DNA of 64,000 nucleotides from Zygnema circumcarinatum SAG 698-1b. Taxonomy: Eukaryota; Plantae; Zygnematophyceae. Location: the NCBI GenBank assembly GCA_037447605.1, contig CM074812.1, positions 992,001 through 1,056,000 of the forward strand, in the 5' to 3' direction. Made by a program: the position numbers and the translations under genes. The notes under the pieces were generated by a model. It was not told the origin of the DNA. It made no database searches and worked only from the letters and a program-made list of their open reading frames with translations. Below are positions 21,001 through 35,200 of the stretch, in pieces (the first letter of the stretch is position 1; the number at the start of each line of letters is the position of its first letter).

Positions 21001-24000
21001 GAGAAAGTGTTTTCGGGGATGGGCCTGGAGCCAGATCTACGGTAGCGTCACGCACTCAAAATCAAAGCTCAATCCTACTCCGGGGCGATCAGTGTCTTAA
21101 CACAGCGGCCCCGAAATGCTGATGTTATTTTGGGGAAGTGCTTGGTTAACCATGGTCCAACACAAATGGACTACGTCGCATTGCGTGCACGGTGGTGGCC
21201 GGGGCGGCTTACCCTGCACCTTGGCAGAGCCACATCCGTTGTTATCAAGCAGCCTGCTACTCCTTATCTCTGCTCAGCTATGCAATTGGCCAAAGCAGTT
21301 GAGGAGGGTTGCACCTTGTTCATGGTGCATGTCATAGCGTACTTGAGATGTTCATAGCGAACCAAGAATGGCGAGATCACATCACAGTTAATGCTCCCGT
21401 TATTCCGTCTCCGAGATCCAACCTGTTGGATGAGTTGAGGATAATGTGCTGCGACGACCTTCCAGAAGGGATTTGCCACCATCCCGAGAGGGGTGGCCAC
21501 ACAATCCCTCTTGAGCTGGCAACGCCTTGGCGGCCGATCTATCGGCTAAGCCCAAAAGAAACCGAAGAGATGCGAAACCAGTTGGCAACTTTACGTGACA
21601 AGGGCTGGATAGAACCCAGTCAAAGCCCCTTTGGGGCGCCCATCTTGTTTGTTGGGAAGAAAGATGGTTCGTTGAGGATGTGCATTGATTATCGCGCACT
21701 CAACAAGATCACTGTAAAGAATCGATTTGCTTTACCACGTATCGATGATCTGTTGGATCGTCTTCACGGCGCCAAAGTGTTCACATCACACTTGATCTTG
21801 CTTTCGGGGTATCATCGGATCCGCGTCCGCGGAAGGCTGATGTGCAAAGCTGCGTTCGGACCAGCTAGATTGGTCATTTCAATATAAGGTGTTGCCCTTT
21901 GGATTGACTAATGCTCCGGCGACTTTCCAGGCTGTAATGAACGAGATGTTCATCGGCATGGATGAGTTTGTTTTGGTTTACCTCGATGATATCCTTGTCT
22001 TCAGTAAGACAGAGGAGGAACATCTTGAACACGTTCGGAAAGTGTTTGAGGTACTGAGGACGAACCGATTTTATGCCAAGAGGAAAAATTGTCATTTCAT
22101 GCAACGTGAGTTGCTTTATCTTGGGCATATTCTGAATGATCAAGGCCTTCGGCCAGACCCTGCCAAAGTTTCTGCGGTAGAAACTTGGGCAGACCGACTG
22201 ACTTGCATCAGTTGCGGTCTTTCTCTGGGCTTTGCGAATTATTTTCGTAAGTTCATCCAAGGGTTTAGTAAACTGGTTACCCCCTTGACTAATTTGACAC
22301 GTTCCGGTGTCCCCTTTACATGGACCCCTGAATGCCAGGATGCATTCGAAGGTGTGCGCCATGCACTTGTTACCGCACCCACTCTCCGTTTAGCGGACCC
22401 GTCCAAGCCTTATGAAGTGGTTTGTGATGCTTCGGGATTCGCCTTGGGTGCCGTCTTGTTTCAAGATGGCCAACCTTTGGCGTATGAAAGTCGCAAAATG
22501 AATCCCGCTGAGCGCAACTATTCTGCAACAGAACAGGAACTGCTTGCAGTGGTCCACGCCCTGAGGACATGGCGGTGCTATTTAGGCCAGCGATCTGCAG
22601 CCAGTCCTTGACCACGTCAAGTACGGCCACGTTCCTCTCCAGCCCCAACCGAACTCCCCATCTGAAGCGAGCACAGCCCAGTACGAGGATTCCTCCAAGA
22701 GTTTGGCTACCCGGTGGAGTTTTGCTCGGCGGGAAAGGCTAGATATACTTGAACCAGCTGGTAAACTGCCACCGGCATCTTACCAGATGAATGCCTTCGT
22801 CATTTCGAAGTGTTGGTGGAGCGAGATGGCCGAGGGAGAAGTAGAGCCAACCCGAGGTCTCAGTCTCGGTATGCTGTCATAGATCGCACCCGGTGGCCTT
22901 GATCCAACCCTCCACTCTCCCGATCTCCGGGCAGAGATGATCGGGGAGGGTATCGCACGATATGATCCGCTTTGTTCTCTGGATAGCCAAGGTAATAGGT
23001 ACATAAGGACAAGGAAGTGGTGTCTGGAACGGATTACAGTACCACGGCAGTTGTGGTGTGCACCCAAGAGCGGGGCTATGCGGCGGCTCATTACAGGTAA
23101 ACTTCACATGATCACAAAATGCGAGGTCACATAGAGATTTACCCAAAACCCGTGAGAAACCTTGCTCAAGAGTTCTGGTAGCACAGACTCGAGGGATGTA
23201 GCGTATTATGTTTCGCTTGTTGTCAACTTGTCAGCCGAGCAAACCCTTGCTTGGCGGGATCACGGCGGTGCAGCCCCTCACACCTCGCACACGAGGAAAT
23301 GGGATAGTGTGGGTATGGACTTGATCCGCAGATCTTCTGTGGCGCCTGCGAGGGCATATGACTCCATCCTGCGTCTTTGTCGTCGGCTCGGCAAGATGGT
23401 GCATTTTGCACCAACTACTAAGACCGCTGGGGCCGACGAGATTGCACGGCTGTATGTTGACAAAGTGTGGAGCCAGCATGGTCTTCAGTCAGACATTGTG
23501 TCTGACCGTGATCCACGATTCACCGGCCATTTTGGGCGGAAGTGCTCAAAATCGTAGGGACCAAGCGGTTGATGCTGACTTTCCACCCGCGCGCGGAGTG
23601 GCGGGGCGGGCAGTCGAGCGAGGATCACCGGAGGATTACCTCAGGCATTATGGGACCCACCCGGATGGGTGGGATATGAAGCTGCTCCCGATTGGCGGTC
23701 GCCATCAATAATGCTTTCGAGGAGTCCATTGGTACCACCCTTTCTTCTACGAACTTTGATGACATCCCTAAATCCCACGCAACCAAGGATCCAGCCCCAC
23801 GATCCGTGGAACATGGCGTCCACGAAACCCGATCCTTGGAAGAGAGGGCGTGGGACTCAACCTCATGATCAGTCTTTTGTCGACTAATATGCAGCTGCCG
23901 AGAGAACGCAGCGGGAGCCACTGGCGGCCCGGTCGCGACAAAAGGCCTATGGCGACGTCACCGTACCCAACTCACCTTCAGCAGCGGCGAGTGTTCTTGA

Positions 24001-25329
24001 AATGGCGAGCAGGGGCACCAGCTTATGGCGGAACCTCGTAAGTGCTGGCCCCGTTTCATACGACCTTTTAAGGTCGTGAAGCGAATCAATGATGTCGCTT
24101 ACAGGTTGGATTTACCATCCCACATGAAGGTGCATCCGGTCTTTCATGTGGGTTTGCTAAAGGTCTACCGTAGCGATGGGAGGATCCAACCACCTCCCCC
24201 ACCAGTGGAACTTGAAGGTGAACTTGAGTATGAAGTTGAAACCATTCAAGCCCACCGTATTGTGAGAAAGGGTCGATCTTCCCGTCACGAATACCTCGTG
24301 AAGTGGTTGGGCTATGGGGTTGAACATAGCACATGGGAAGCCGAGGGCAACTTAACCAATTGCCAAGAGCTCATCAACTTGTACTGGGAGGCGCAGGCCG
24401 CAGGAGAGCGGGCGAGGGCGGCTCGGGGGGTTCCTGAGCCGTCCCCGCGCAACTCGGAAAGGGACTTGACCGGGATTATCGCTGAGCCCTCCCGGTTATC
24501 ACGTAGAGTTCGACGCGTGCCGTTGAAACTACGAGCTGCCTTTACTACCCCACACACGTGAACGAGGGCGTTCACATTCTCACAGGGGGGGAGTAATGTA
24601 GCGAAACGCTACAGTCACCCCAAGGGGGAAGGGTTACTTAGAGCCCGGCGTGGCTTTATGTTTCCATCCAATGCAGTACCTAACGGTTAGAGCATCGGAT
24701 ACCCTATAGGACGACGGAGGTCCTAGGTTCGAACCTTAAGAACTGGTTCACCCGTGGGGCCGCCACATAATCTCTATGGGCCCCACGTCAGCGGCCAAGG
24801 TCCCCTCCTCGGCGTAGAGGAGGGATCACGGAGAAGCTGCGGCACCGCGGGACCCAATCGGTCACGCGGTGGATCACGGCCCGCGGCGGATCCCCCGGGG
24901 AGTGGCGAGTCGTCAAATGCGTTAGCGGTTACCGATGAATGCAGACGGTGTGGTGGGCCTTGTGGAGGCTCCCGGCAGGTGTCACACCGGCAATGCGGCG
25001 GCCCAGCCCGCCCTTGAGCTGCAGCGTAGAAACGATGGAAATACGTTATACACCTCACGACCCATCACGAGGTCGAGAGGAACCGTGGCGGTTGCCATTG
25101 GGCGATACAGCTTCAATCCTCCCACATCTTTGGTAGGAGGAGGTTGTGGGGAAGCGTATAGGGGCGTGGGTGACTGTCGTCACCCAACCAACATACCGGC
25201 ATACGGTTGCACGCCCATCCCGGGCTGCTCCCCACTCTGAAGGGCTTTCTCCCTCTCTCTCTCTCTCTTAGCTGAACTCTGAAGTGTAATTCCGCGCACG
25301 GCTGAAGGGGCTAGATTTCAGTCGTGACA
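18030..25329 (+). mobile_element. Ty3/Gypsy chromovirus inserted at the start of Copia A gag
   Basis: LTRs 18030-18751 and 24597-25329 (TG...CA), TSD GAAGG (18025-18029, 25330-25334), PBS TGGTATCAGAGC (tRNA-iMet type), PPT 24584-24593. Protease LLDTGA, RT ([20 protein letters not shown]), RNase H (CDASG), integrase, and chromodomain EYEVETI...YLVKWLGY...STWEAEGNL at about 24225-24360. Confidence 0.95.
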
Positions 25330-26225
25330 GAAGGTGATGACGATCGGAAGATTGGAGTGCCATTGTTTGATGGCCATAACTACAAGACGTGGAGGTGGCG
25401 AATGAAGAAAGTGCTGTTGAGCCGAGACCTTCTTGGAGTTGTTGATATGTACGAACCCAACCACGGTGTTGAAGATATCGAGTAGCTTCGAAAGGGCGAG
25501 GAAAGCTCAAGCAACATAAGCCTTAAGCATGAAGGATGGCGGTCGCTTCTGTACAAGAAGTTAGAAGACTAGATGCTGAAATGTGGAAAGTCTAGAGGAT
25601 GTGTATGATGTCAAATCTCATACCACGGTTGTCCACTTGTACCGAGAACTAGGTAATTTGAAATATCCGAAGATGAAGAGGCATGAATTATGTCACGAGA
25701 GGGATTCGATAGCTTGATCGCGAGAGGTTTGCCCTTACCATTAAGCCGTTGGACTGAGATCATAAGATGGCGTCTTCTTAGAAAGTGCCTTAAAAGATTT
25801 GAGTTTCTTTGTCATTTCCATTAAGACACTTCTCACTACGCCCAATCAACCATAAGCGAGGTGAAGAGAGTGAAAGGGAGGAGAATGAAAAGAAGCGAGG
25901 CAAAGGCTAAGGTTTCAGTGACAGGTGCTGGCGCTAAGGTGGTGCGGCAAAAGCACAAGGAGAGGGCAAGGTGGACAAGCGCGGCTTCCGGGGCGGGAAG
26001 TTACTTTACAAGCTACGACGGGACACGTGAAGACCATTTGCCGGAGCTGAAGAAGGATAATGCGAGTGGGCGGGAGCCGCTTCTAAGTTGGCCGCAAAAA
26101 GGAGAAGGTCAAGGGCGTGTGTCACAAGTGCTTGGGGAAGTTTGGCCACTTCAAGGCAAACTGTCCTGACGGAAATTCAGAGAAGACTCTAATGGTTGCT
26201 GAAGGCGAGTATTCAGAGTTTGCGA

Positions 26226-29200
26226 TGTTAGTGTATGATAGTTAGCATGCTTTTGTTGGAACATTAGTTTTGTGTGTTTGTGTGTGTGTTTCCTTGGCGT
26301 GCAGCTCTTAAGTTAATAATATTAAGCGGCGAATACGGACATTTAGTCGGTGGAAAGAAGCGCTGGCCTTGGCCGGAGTCAAAAAGTGACAGTAGCGGCC
26401 GACGGGTCGAGAAATTGAAAAATTGGCGGGCGGAGCGAGTGAAAATGTGGCCTTGACCTTGCTTGATCTGCCTTAGCCCGAATGAGTAGCCTTGTGGCGT
26501 CAACCTTTAGATTGAAGCGGTCCCGGACATGGCCGTCGCAGCGTCAAGAAAATGTCGGCGCGATTCCATCATTAATATGCCAGGCGGCGTCGGATAATGG
26601 TGGCGTGCGGCGGCGCGGAGTTTAATAGCGTCATCAATCTTAGGCGAGGCCAGTCACGGCGCAAGAGCGTGGAATGGCAAGGCGAGTGAGATGCGGCGGG
26701 CTTGTCACGGAAGGATCCCGTGAGCCGACAGGATCGGCAGCCTTGAAGTTAGGGAATCGAGATAGAGGCCCTGCGGAGTCCATGCCGATATTGTGAGCTT
26801 CGTTGTATGGTAGTGTCACGGATGTTGTGACATGGTATATAGTGTGTTGTTTTGTTTGGTTGTTTATCTTAACTTCTGGAATCACGGGTTGAAGCCATTG
26901 AAGACTCAGAAGCTTGTTGCCGTGTTGTTAACATGATACTTGCTGTGTCGCCAGGTAGTGGGCTTTTGAGTTTATTGGGCTAGTTGAGAGGGGGTCTTCA
27001 TTTGTGGTGTTAAGATTTATTATTAAGGAGTTTTAGAGCCGAGCTTTCTCCTATCCCTTCTCCGTTATTCCGCTGTGAGATCCGAGAGGTTCACTCCTTG
27101 AGTAAAATGGGCTATGAGTGAATGTGAGAGTTTGGGAAATGTCATCATCGATTGGAACGCGAACTCAGAAGAGAGGTGATGCGAGTGGAGAAGCCGGCAG
27201 CAGTGGAGGAGTCCCTCCACCAACAAGTGGTATCAGAGCTCATGGTGACGCGGAGGACCACGTCAAGTTCAGCATACCGGCGTTCCACTGGGCAGGATTA
27301 TAAAGTGAAGATGAGGGTACGGTGCCCTCGCTCTGTAGGGGGTTGCTCGGGCACGCGACGGCAGGCATCAGGGCGTCTGACTACCGGTTGGAGCCCCTGA
27401 GCTTTGGAGGCGCAGCCGAACATCACGGCGCCGCACGATGGAAGGCCAAGGACATAAAGCCGACGGAGATTGTTATGAAGCTGAAGAGGAAGTCCATCCT
27501 CTAATGCTGATGATCTGAAATCTCTCATGCTATGTGGAAGTGTCTAGAGGGAGATGTATGACGCGAGACAATGTGTGACCACAGCGATCTTCACACGACT
27601 AGGCATGATGACTTTAGAGAAACTAGAAGCTTATAAGTGCGAGACTTTGATGCATTGATGGAGAGGTTCATAGCCTTAGGGAAACCGTTAGATGCAGACC
27701 AGAAGACAAGCAGCCTCCCAGGGGTCCCGCCTGACATTTGAAGTTTCAGCGCACTGCCAGGCAGTTTGACCAACACTGCCACGACGCTGACAGTCAGCGC
27801 AGGATAAGAGGAGGATTTGATTCAGGATGTCTGCTAGAAGAGAAGGTGCTCGCGTTGCACACTCGACCGAANNNAANAGGAGNNGGNGCCCCGAAGTCAG
27901 CCNGAGNAGAACNCTNNAANNNGNNNNNNNNNNCNNNNNNNNNNNNNNNNNNNNNNNNNNNNNNNNNNNNNNNNNNNNNNNNNNNNNNNNNNNNNNNTGG
28001 AAACGCGACTTCATCCGGCAAGAAGGAGAAGAAGGCGTTCAGCGGCACTTGTTTCAAGTGCAAGAAGAGAGGTCACAAGAGTTCAGACTGCAAGGTAGCA
28101 GTTGAGAGCAACCTCATGCTGGCAGAGAATACTGAGCACGATTTTGTGGGAAGGATTCAGGCAGAAGACCTGAAGCGGCCGTGGCTAATTGACTCCGGCG
28201 CATCCACACACATGTGCGGCGACACATTGATGTTCTCCAAGCTCGACGTCTTGGAGCAGACGCGCTCAGTTCATTCAGCAAGTCCGGTGAAGGAGTCACT
28301 GTGACGAGAGGTGGAGCCGTGAGGATGGTCCTCGGAGACGGCTCAGTCATCAATGAAGACGATGTTCAGGAGAAACTGCACATTGGTGATGTTCTTCACA
28401 CCCCTGGCCTCATGCAGAATTTCATGTCTGTGAGCCAAGTGTGCAAGAAGGGATACAGTGTTCTGTTTGAGGAGAAGTCATGCGTGGCTATCCACTCACA
28501 AACCGGAGAGGCCGTCAGGGGCTCATGAGAGAGGAGGGGCCGCATTATCTTGATTATAAGAGGGAGAATCATGAGGAGGTGAATGCAGTTTCAGAGAATG
28601 CTGTAGATGTATGGCATCGTAGACTTGGACACTTACACCACAGAGGCATGAAGCTTTTGGCTGAGAGGGGGCTAGTCCGTGGGCTAGACCCGGGTGTAGT
28701 GGAGAAGGAGCTTGGGGTTTGCCGAGAATGTGTGGAGGGCAAGGCGCACAGGAGACCATTCGTGAGGAGTGGAGACGAGTCCTATCGAGCGCGAGAGAAG
28801 TTGGAACTGGTACATTCTGACTTGTGTGGCCCAGTTACACCGGCGACCAGTGGTGGAGCGAGGTACTTCGTCACCTTCCTTGACGACTATTCGAGGAAGA
28901 TTTGGATTACACTCTTGAAGAACAAGTCAGAGGCTTCAGCGTCCAGCACTGCGGCCGATGAGGCGGAGACAGAGATGGGACTCTGAAGCAGGCTTTTTGT
29001 CGGAGCACTGGTGGCGAGTTCAACTTCGAAGCAGTTCGCGGCGTTCTGAAGAACCGCGGAACAAGGTGGGCTTAACTCCAGCCCCAATCCCACAGAGTAA
29101 TGGGGAGCAGCTGACGTGTGGGAGAGCAGGCACATTGGGGAAGATGGCCAGCACCATGTTGATTGATTCCCCTTTCCGGTTTCCCTTTGGGGAGAAGCAG

Positions 29201-32200
29201 CTCTGCCATCTGCTGCTGACATTAGGAAACACATGTTCGTCTCCTTGCTTGAAAGACCAGGTTTGCCAGCATGTGGAGCTGGGAGGAGTCACAGCCCACC
29301 TGAGACCTTCGGCTGCGTCATGCTGGGCTCACTGCCAAGGCGCCAGAAGAAGAGATCTGACCCCAGCCCCGCAGAGGGCTACGGTGTCCCTTATAAGCAT
29401 GTGACCGGATGACAGGACTCGTGGACCCTCCACTCAATGGAGCTCCACTCACAGACATCACAGGCTGACCAAGATAGTGCTGTTGAGCGTGTTGTAGACT
29501 CTCACACTCACCCTCCGTCGAAGGCTTGACTCTCGAGATCGCTTATCAGGACAGAAACAGCCTGGATAGAAGGGTGGTGCTGCGTAGGGTGCCGGCTATG
29601 CGCAGTCAAGGATTAGGGAGTGAGAGAGAAAGAGGTCTGTCATGATGAGAGATGCCCCTGAGGGCTGATGCGAGGACTGGACAGCTCAATTGGAGTACCA
29701 CTTCCTTCAGAGCCGTCTCCAGCGGTGACAGGAGAACTCAGCGGGTGCTGGGTCCCGCTTCCATGTGGATTTAGAGGATCTTGAAGCGGCCGAGAGGGCA
29801 GGCACGTTAGCAAACATGCCTCAGGACCTTTTGTTCCCGGACTCCACGCCACCCGAGACGAGTGCGAAGACAGCTCAGCAGCGCGAGACACGAGGCGCCG
29901 AGATCGGTTTTCGTTGGCACCAATCCGATCGCAAGAGAGAGTGCCATCAGATTCAGCTGACCTTGTGGGAGTTGCCCACTGTTTCATGATTACCGAGCCA
30001 CAGACCTTTGAGGAGGCGCACGACGGAGTCGATGGCGATAAGTGGCGGGTTGCGATTGATAGCGAATGGGACAGCCTGATCGAGAACGGCACGTGGAGAT
30101 TGGAGGAGCTGCCTCAAGGGAGGCGAGCTATCGCGGCTGCAGTTGGGTCTTCGGAGTCAGAGAGGAAGGTAGACGCAGCGCTGATAGGTACAAGGCTGCG
30201 TTAGCTGCGCAGGGAGACGCGGGAGAGAGCGCTGGGCTCGATGACATGGGGTGTTGCTCGTTTCCAGCGGAAGTTCAATTCCTTGATAGCCTTGATTTCC
30301 ATTCGGAGCGACCAAGCCACTCACTCTGATCATTGGAGACCAAAGATTGTGATCCTGCATCCGCCATCTCACGGGAAGACACTCTGTATGGAAAAGACCT
30401 GAGGGGAGGGCGTCCCCGAAGGGAGCATCAGTCGCTGATGTGAAGAGCTGACGAAGCTTGAAAGGGAGTGCGAGACGGCTGAACACGAAAAGATCGATGA
30501 CTTCTCAGCAGGGATGAATTACTGTCTCAGCAAGATCATTCAGTGTACCGTCAGGCAGAGGGGGTATACATCATGTTTGTCGGGATCCATGCGGCCATCT
30601 CATCATGGTGAGCCTCTCCTTTAAAAGTATCAAATCTTTGATGTTGCCAACATGCAAGTTCAGATGTCAGATTTGGATGGACTGCAGCATCTGCTGGAAC
30701 CCAGCTGAAGAAGTGGCAGCATGGAAGCTCGTTTCCATGCCAAGGAAGTATGCTTCAGATGTGCTTGCCCGATTCGAATGAGGATGCTAGGTTGGTTTCC
30801 AGCCCATTAGATTGGACCAGAGCTTTCGAAGTACATGTCACCTTCGCCGGACGCCAAGGCACAAAAGATGTTTTGGAGTGCCACACAGATCCTGCGATTG
30901 GGAGTCTAATGACCTCATGATCGAACGCGTCCGGACTGCGAAGCGGGCGCGGTCCTGTACTTCATGGAGAATCCGGGCTCCACACGCAGGAGCTGAAGAG
31001 GATTTTCACATGTGAAGGGACGCCATTATGAATCAGGCACTATAGGGGCTAACCATAGTGTTGCATACACTCAGATTGGATGAGACGCGACACGTCATGT
31101 TGACTTCGGGTTTCGTTCACCCTGATGGAGGGAGAGCGATTCGTGGGGTTCTAAGTCACATCGCCGCGTCATCCTACACGGAAGGTGAGTACACGGGGCC
31201 TTACCATGCTTTGAAGGAAGGAGGCCGTGGTTTATGACAGCCTCTTTGAAGATGGCAAGAGGGACCACGACCATTATTATTACGACAATCATTGATTGCC
31301 CTGGGTGGCAACCTTGACATTCTCACAAGAGGACCAAGCACATTCGGTGATACCATTACCACGGGGTAACTGGTCGAGGGAGGCCCTATTGAGGTGAAGC
31401 TTTGTAGGCATTAAGGTGTAGGCCGGACAATATGCTAAACAAAGGGGAGTCAGCGGGAAAACATGCTGCAAACCTAACGGAGGCCACCCGGGTCGGGGCC
31501 CGTCGGCAAAACTGTAAGTTTTCGAAGAGGGGATCGCCAGCCGCACCAGAACCAGCATGCTTTTGTTGGAAACATGAGTTTTGTGTGTTTGTGTTGTGTG
31601 TTTCCTTGATGCGCCCGCGCGAAGTTAGTAGGCGGCGACGGATATTCTGGTCCGGCGGGAAGAGCGCGCGCCGCGGAGCTACAAGTGACGAGGCGCGACG
31701 CGACGAATCGGAAAGCCAGACGCTGCTGGACCTGCGAGCCATTGAGATGTGGAATGGCCACGCGCGAATCTGTGCGCCATTGGAGCCATGTGGCTGCCGT
31801 GCCACCTCCCAGCTGATTTGGACACCACTGACTGCGGCGTCAAAATGTCGGTGCGCGATTTATCATTGTACGGAGCGGTGCCAGATGCCGGTGGTGTGTG
31901 ACCACGCTGAGTTCTACGTGCCATCACCTCAGTGGGGTCACATCTGACGTGATACCTGATCAGCTGAGAGGCTGAGTCGCATCTATGGGAGGCAATGGTT
32001 TATCGTGTGCAGTGTGGTCCAGGAATCCAACGCGAGCATTAGGATCGGGATAGGGGCCTCGCGGGCCGCTAAGCCGATGCGCGGAGCTTTTGGCCATGGT
32101 AGGATTTACGGATGTCGTGACATCGTAATATAGTGTGTTGTTTTGTTTGGTTGTTCATCCTGGAGTTTTGGATCAGCCATCTAGCTATTGTAGACTCTGG

Positions 32201-35200
32201 AAGCTGTTGCTCGTGTTGTTAACACTACACCGCTTATCCTCAGGTAGTGGGCTTTTGAGTTTATTGGCTAGTTGAGGCTGGGCCCTCAATCTGGTGTTAA
32301 GATCATTATTAAGGAGTTTTAGAGGCAGGCTTTCTCCTATCCTTTTCTCTCATTATTCAGTGTGCATGATACGAGAGGTTCACTCTGTGTAGTAAAATGG
32401 GCTATGAGTGAATGTGAGAGTTTGGAAATGTGTCATCTCGCCAGTTGGAGCGAACTCGATGGGAGGTGGAAATCACGAGGTGGAAGCCGGCGGCGATGGA
32501 GAGTCCTGCACCAGCAAGTGTGTGCTGAGCTCATGGTGGCCCAGCGAGGAGGACCCGCGTCAGTTGACGCCGGCGTTGATGGGCGAGATTACAAAAGCGT
32601 GGAGATGGAGGTTGGTGCCTTTGCTTGTGGGCAAAAGGTTGCTTGGAAATACGTTGATAGCAGCATCAAAGGCGCCCGAGGAGTTACGGTTGGAGCCACC
32701 AGCGGGCAGCGATTGAACACGGCGTGGCTGCGATGGAAAGGCCAAGGACAACAAAGCCTACAGCGCGAATTGTTATATGGTAAGGAAGTCCATCCTCACA
32801 TCGCGCCTGATCACGAAAACCTCTCATGCTATGTGGAAGTGTCTAGAGATGTATGATGTGAAGACAATGTGACTATAGTCGGTCTTTACACTCGGCTAGG
32901 CAAGATAAGGGCTGACTTGAAGGGAGAAACTTTACGAAGCTTATATGGTCGATTTGATGCATTGATGGAGAGGTTCATAGCCTTAGGAAACCGTTGCGTC
33001 GAGACCATAAGATAAGCCCGGTTTCTAGGGGTTTGCCGGGAGATTGAAGTTCGGTGAAAGCCTTGAGGCAGTTCCACGGCCAATACCTATGGCGGGCACG
33101 GGCCAGCGTAGGATAAAAGGAAGTTCGATTAGGGATGTCGGCGGCCAAGAAGAACGTTTTCGACGAATCGAAGGAGGCGCTGAGGTAGAGAGGCCGAGGA
33201 GAGCGCTCGAATGTGACATGCGCCACGTAATGGCAAGACCGGCCACTACTCGGCTGGCTTGTTTCAGAACCACTTGATCCAGAGAAAAAGGAGAAGCGCG
33301 ACTTCATCCGGCAAGAAAGGAAGGCGAATTTCGTGACACTTGTTTCAAGTGCAAGAAGAAGATACAAGTTGATTTGCAAGGTAGCGGTTGGTAACCTCAT
33401 CTTGTGAGAGAATCGCGAAACACGATTTTGTGGGAAGAACCGAGCGAAGGACACCGGCAGCTGTGGCTGATTGACTCGGCGCTGCGCATATGTGCGGAGA
33501 CACATGATGTTCTCCAAAGCTTCGACAACTTGGAGAAGGCTTCGCTCAGTTCATTCGACAGCGTGAAGAGTCGTGGCGAGAGGTGGGCGTGAGGATGGTC
33601 ACCGGGGAGGCGGCTCGGTCATCAATAAGGAGCGATGTTCGGGAGAAGCTGCATTGGTGATGTTCTTACACCCGGCCTCATCGCGAATTTCATGTGAGCC
33701 AAGTGTGCAAGAAAGGATACAGTGTTCTGTTTGAGGAGAAGTCATGCGTGGCAATCCACTCAGAAACTGGGAGACAGCTGTTCAGGGGTTATGAGAGAGG
33801 AGGGCTGTATTATCTTGATTATAAGAGGGAGAATCATGAGGAGGTGAATACAGTTTTAGAGAATGCTGTAGATGTATGGCATCGTAGACTTGGACACTTA
33901 CACCACAGAGGCATGAAGGCTGTTGGAGAGGGCTAGTCCGGTGAGGCCCCAGGCAGGGTGTAGTGGAGAAGAGGTTGGGGTTTTGCAGGTGTGAATATTG
34001 GTGGAGACAAGGCGCCTGAGGGAGCCATTCGTGAGGGTGAGCGAGTCCCTGCTCGGCCCAGCGAAGTTGGGCGCATTGACTTGTGTGGCCCGGTTACTCG
34101 GGCCCGATTGGCGGGCGAGGTACTTCGTCACCTTCGCGGCGGCTTATTCGAGAAGATTTGGATTACACTCTGAAGAGCCGGTGAGCACGAGGAGCCTTCC
34201 GAGAGCTGAGCAGCTGAGGAAGCGAGCGGGGCGAAGCGAAGCACCCGTTGGACAATGGTAAGCGGATTCATCGAAGAATTGTAACGTTCCACGAACGCGG
34301 TATAAAACGCAATTCTCGGCCCCGGCCTGGTAGCCAGGCGGCTGAGCGTGTGAATACCAGGACATTGGGGGTTTATGGCGGGGACCATATTGATTGATTC
34401 CCCTTTAGGCTTCCTTTTGGGAAGCGGTTTCTACGGCTGCTTACATTAGGAGCGGTGTCAGGTCTTACGTTGCGAAAGACCAGGTCCACTGGCCGGATGT
34501 GGGTGGGGAGGGAAGCCCACAGGTTTCCCACGAGGAGGACGCTGGCGATGTTTGGGCTGCGCTGGTAGCGGCGAAGAAAGATGACCCCGGCGGGTGGAGG
34601 CTGCGTGCTTTCGGCTACAATGCCCCACCGGCGAGCCGCGCCTGCTCTGATTTGGGGCCTCGGTGAAGTTCTCAGGAGCGAGAACATTGATTGACCGAAG
34701 GTAGTCTTTGTTGGCGTGTTCGCGAGACTCAGTCTTACACCTCCGTCGAAGACAAACACACCGAGATAGTGTCACGAGGGAGGAAAGCGGTTGGAGAAGA
34801 AGGGTGGTCGCGTGCGGGGTGCGGCACGTCGGCAAATAGAAGGAGCGAGCGGTAGCGGCGACAAGTGAGCGGTGATGATGGAAAGGCGCCGGTGGGCGCG
34901 TAGGAGGAGCACGCCTGATTGTGGTGATTCCCCTTCCGCGGTCCTCGGTGGTGAAGAACTTCGGTGGAGGCGGTCCCGCTTCCGCATCGCAAGATTGAAG
35001 GATCTTAGGCGGCGAGGGAGCAATGTGCAAACATACTTGAGTTTTATTCCCGGACTCTACGCTACCAGGGACGAAGTCGCGAAGAGCAGTCGGACGTTTC
35101 TGGCCGACGGTCGGTTTTCGCGGGCCTGTCGATCCAGCTGGTACTGTCGGTCGGTGACATGGGGAGTTGCTGCTTGTTCATGATTACCGAGCCTGCAGTT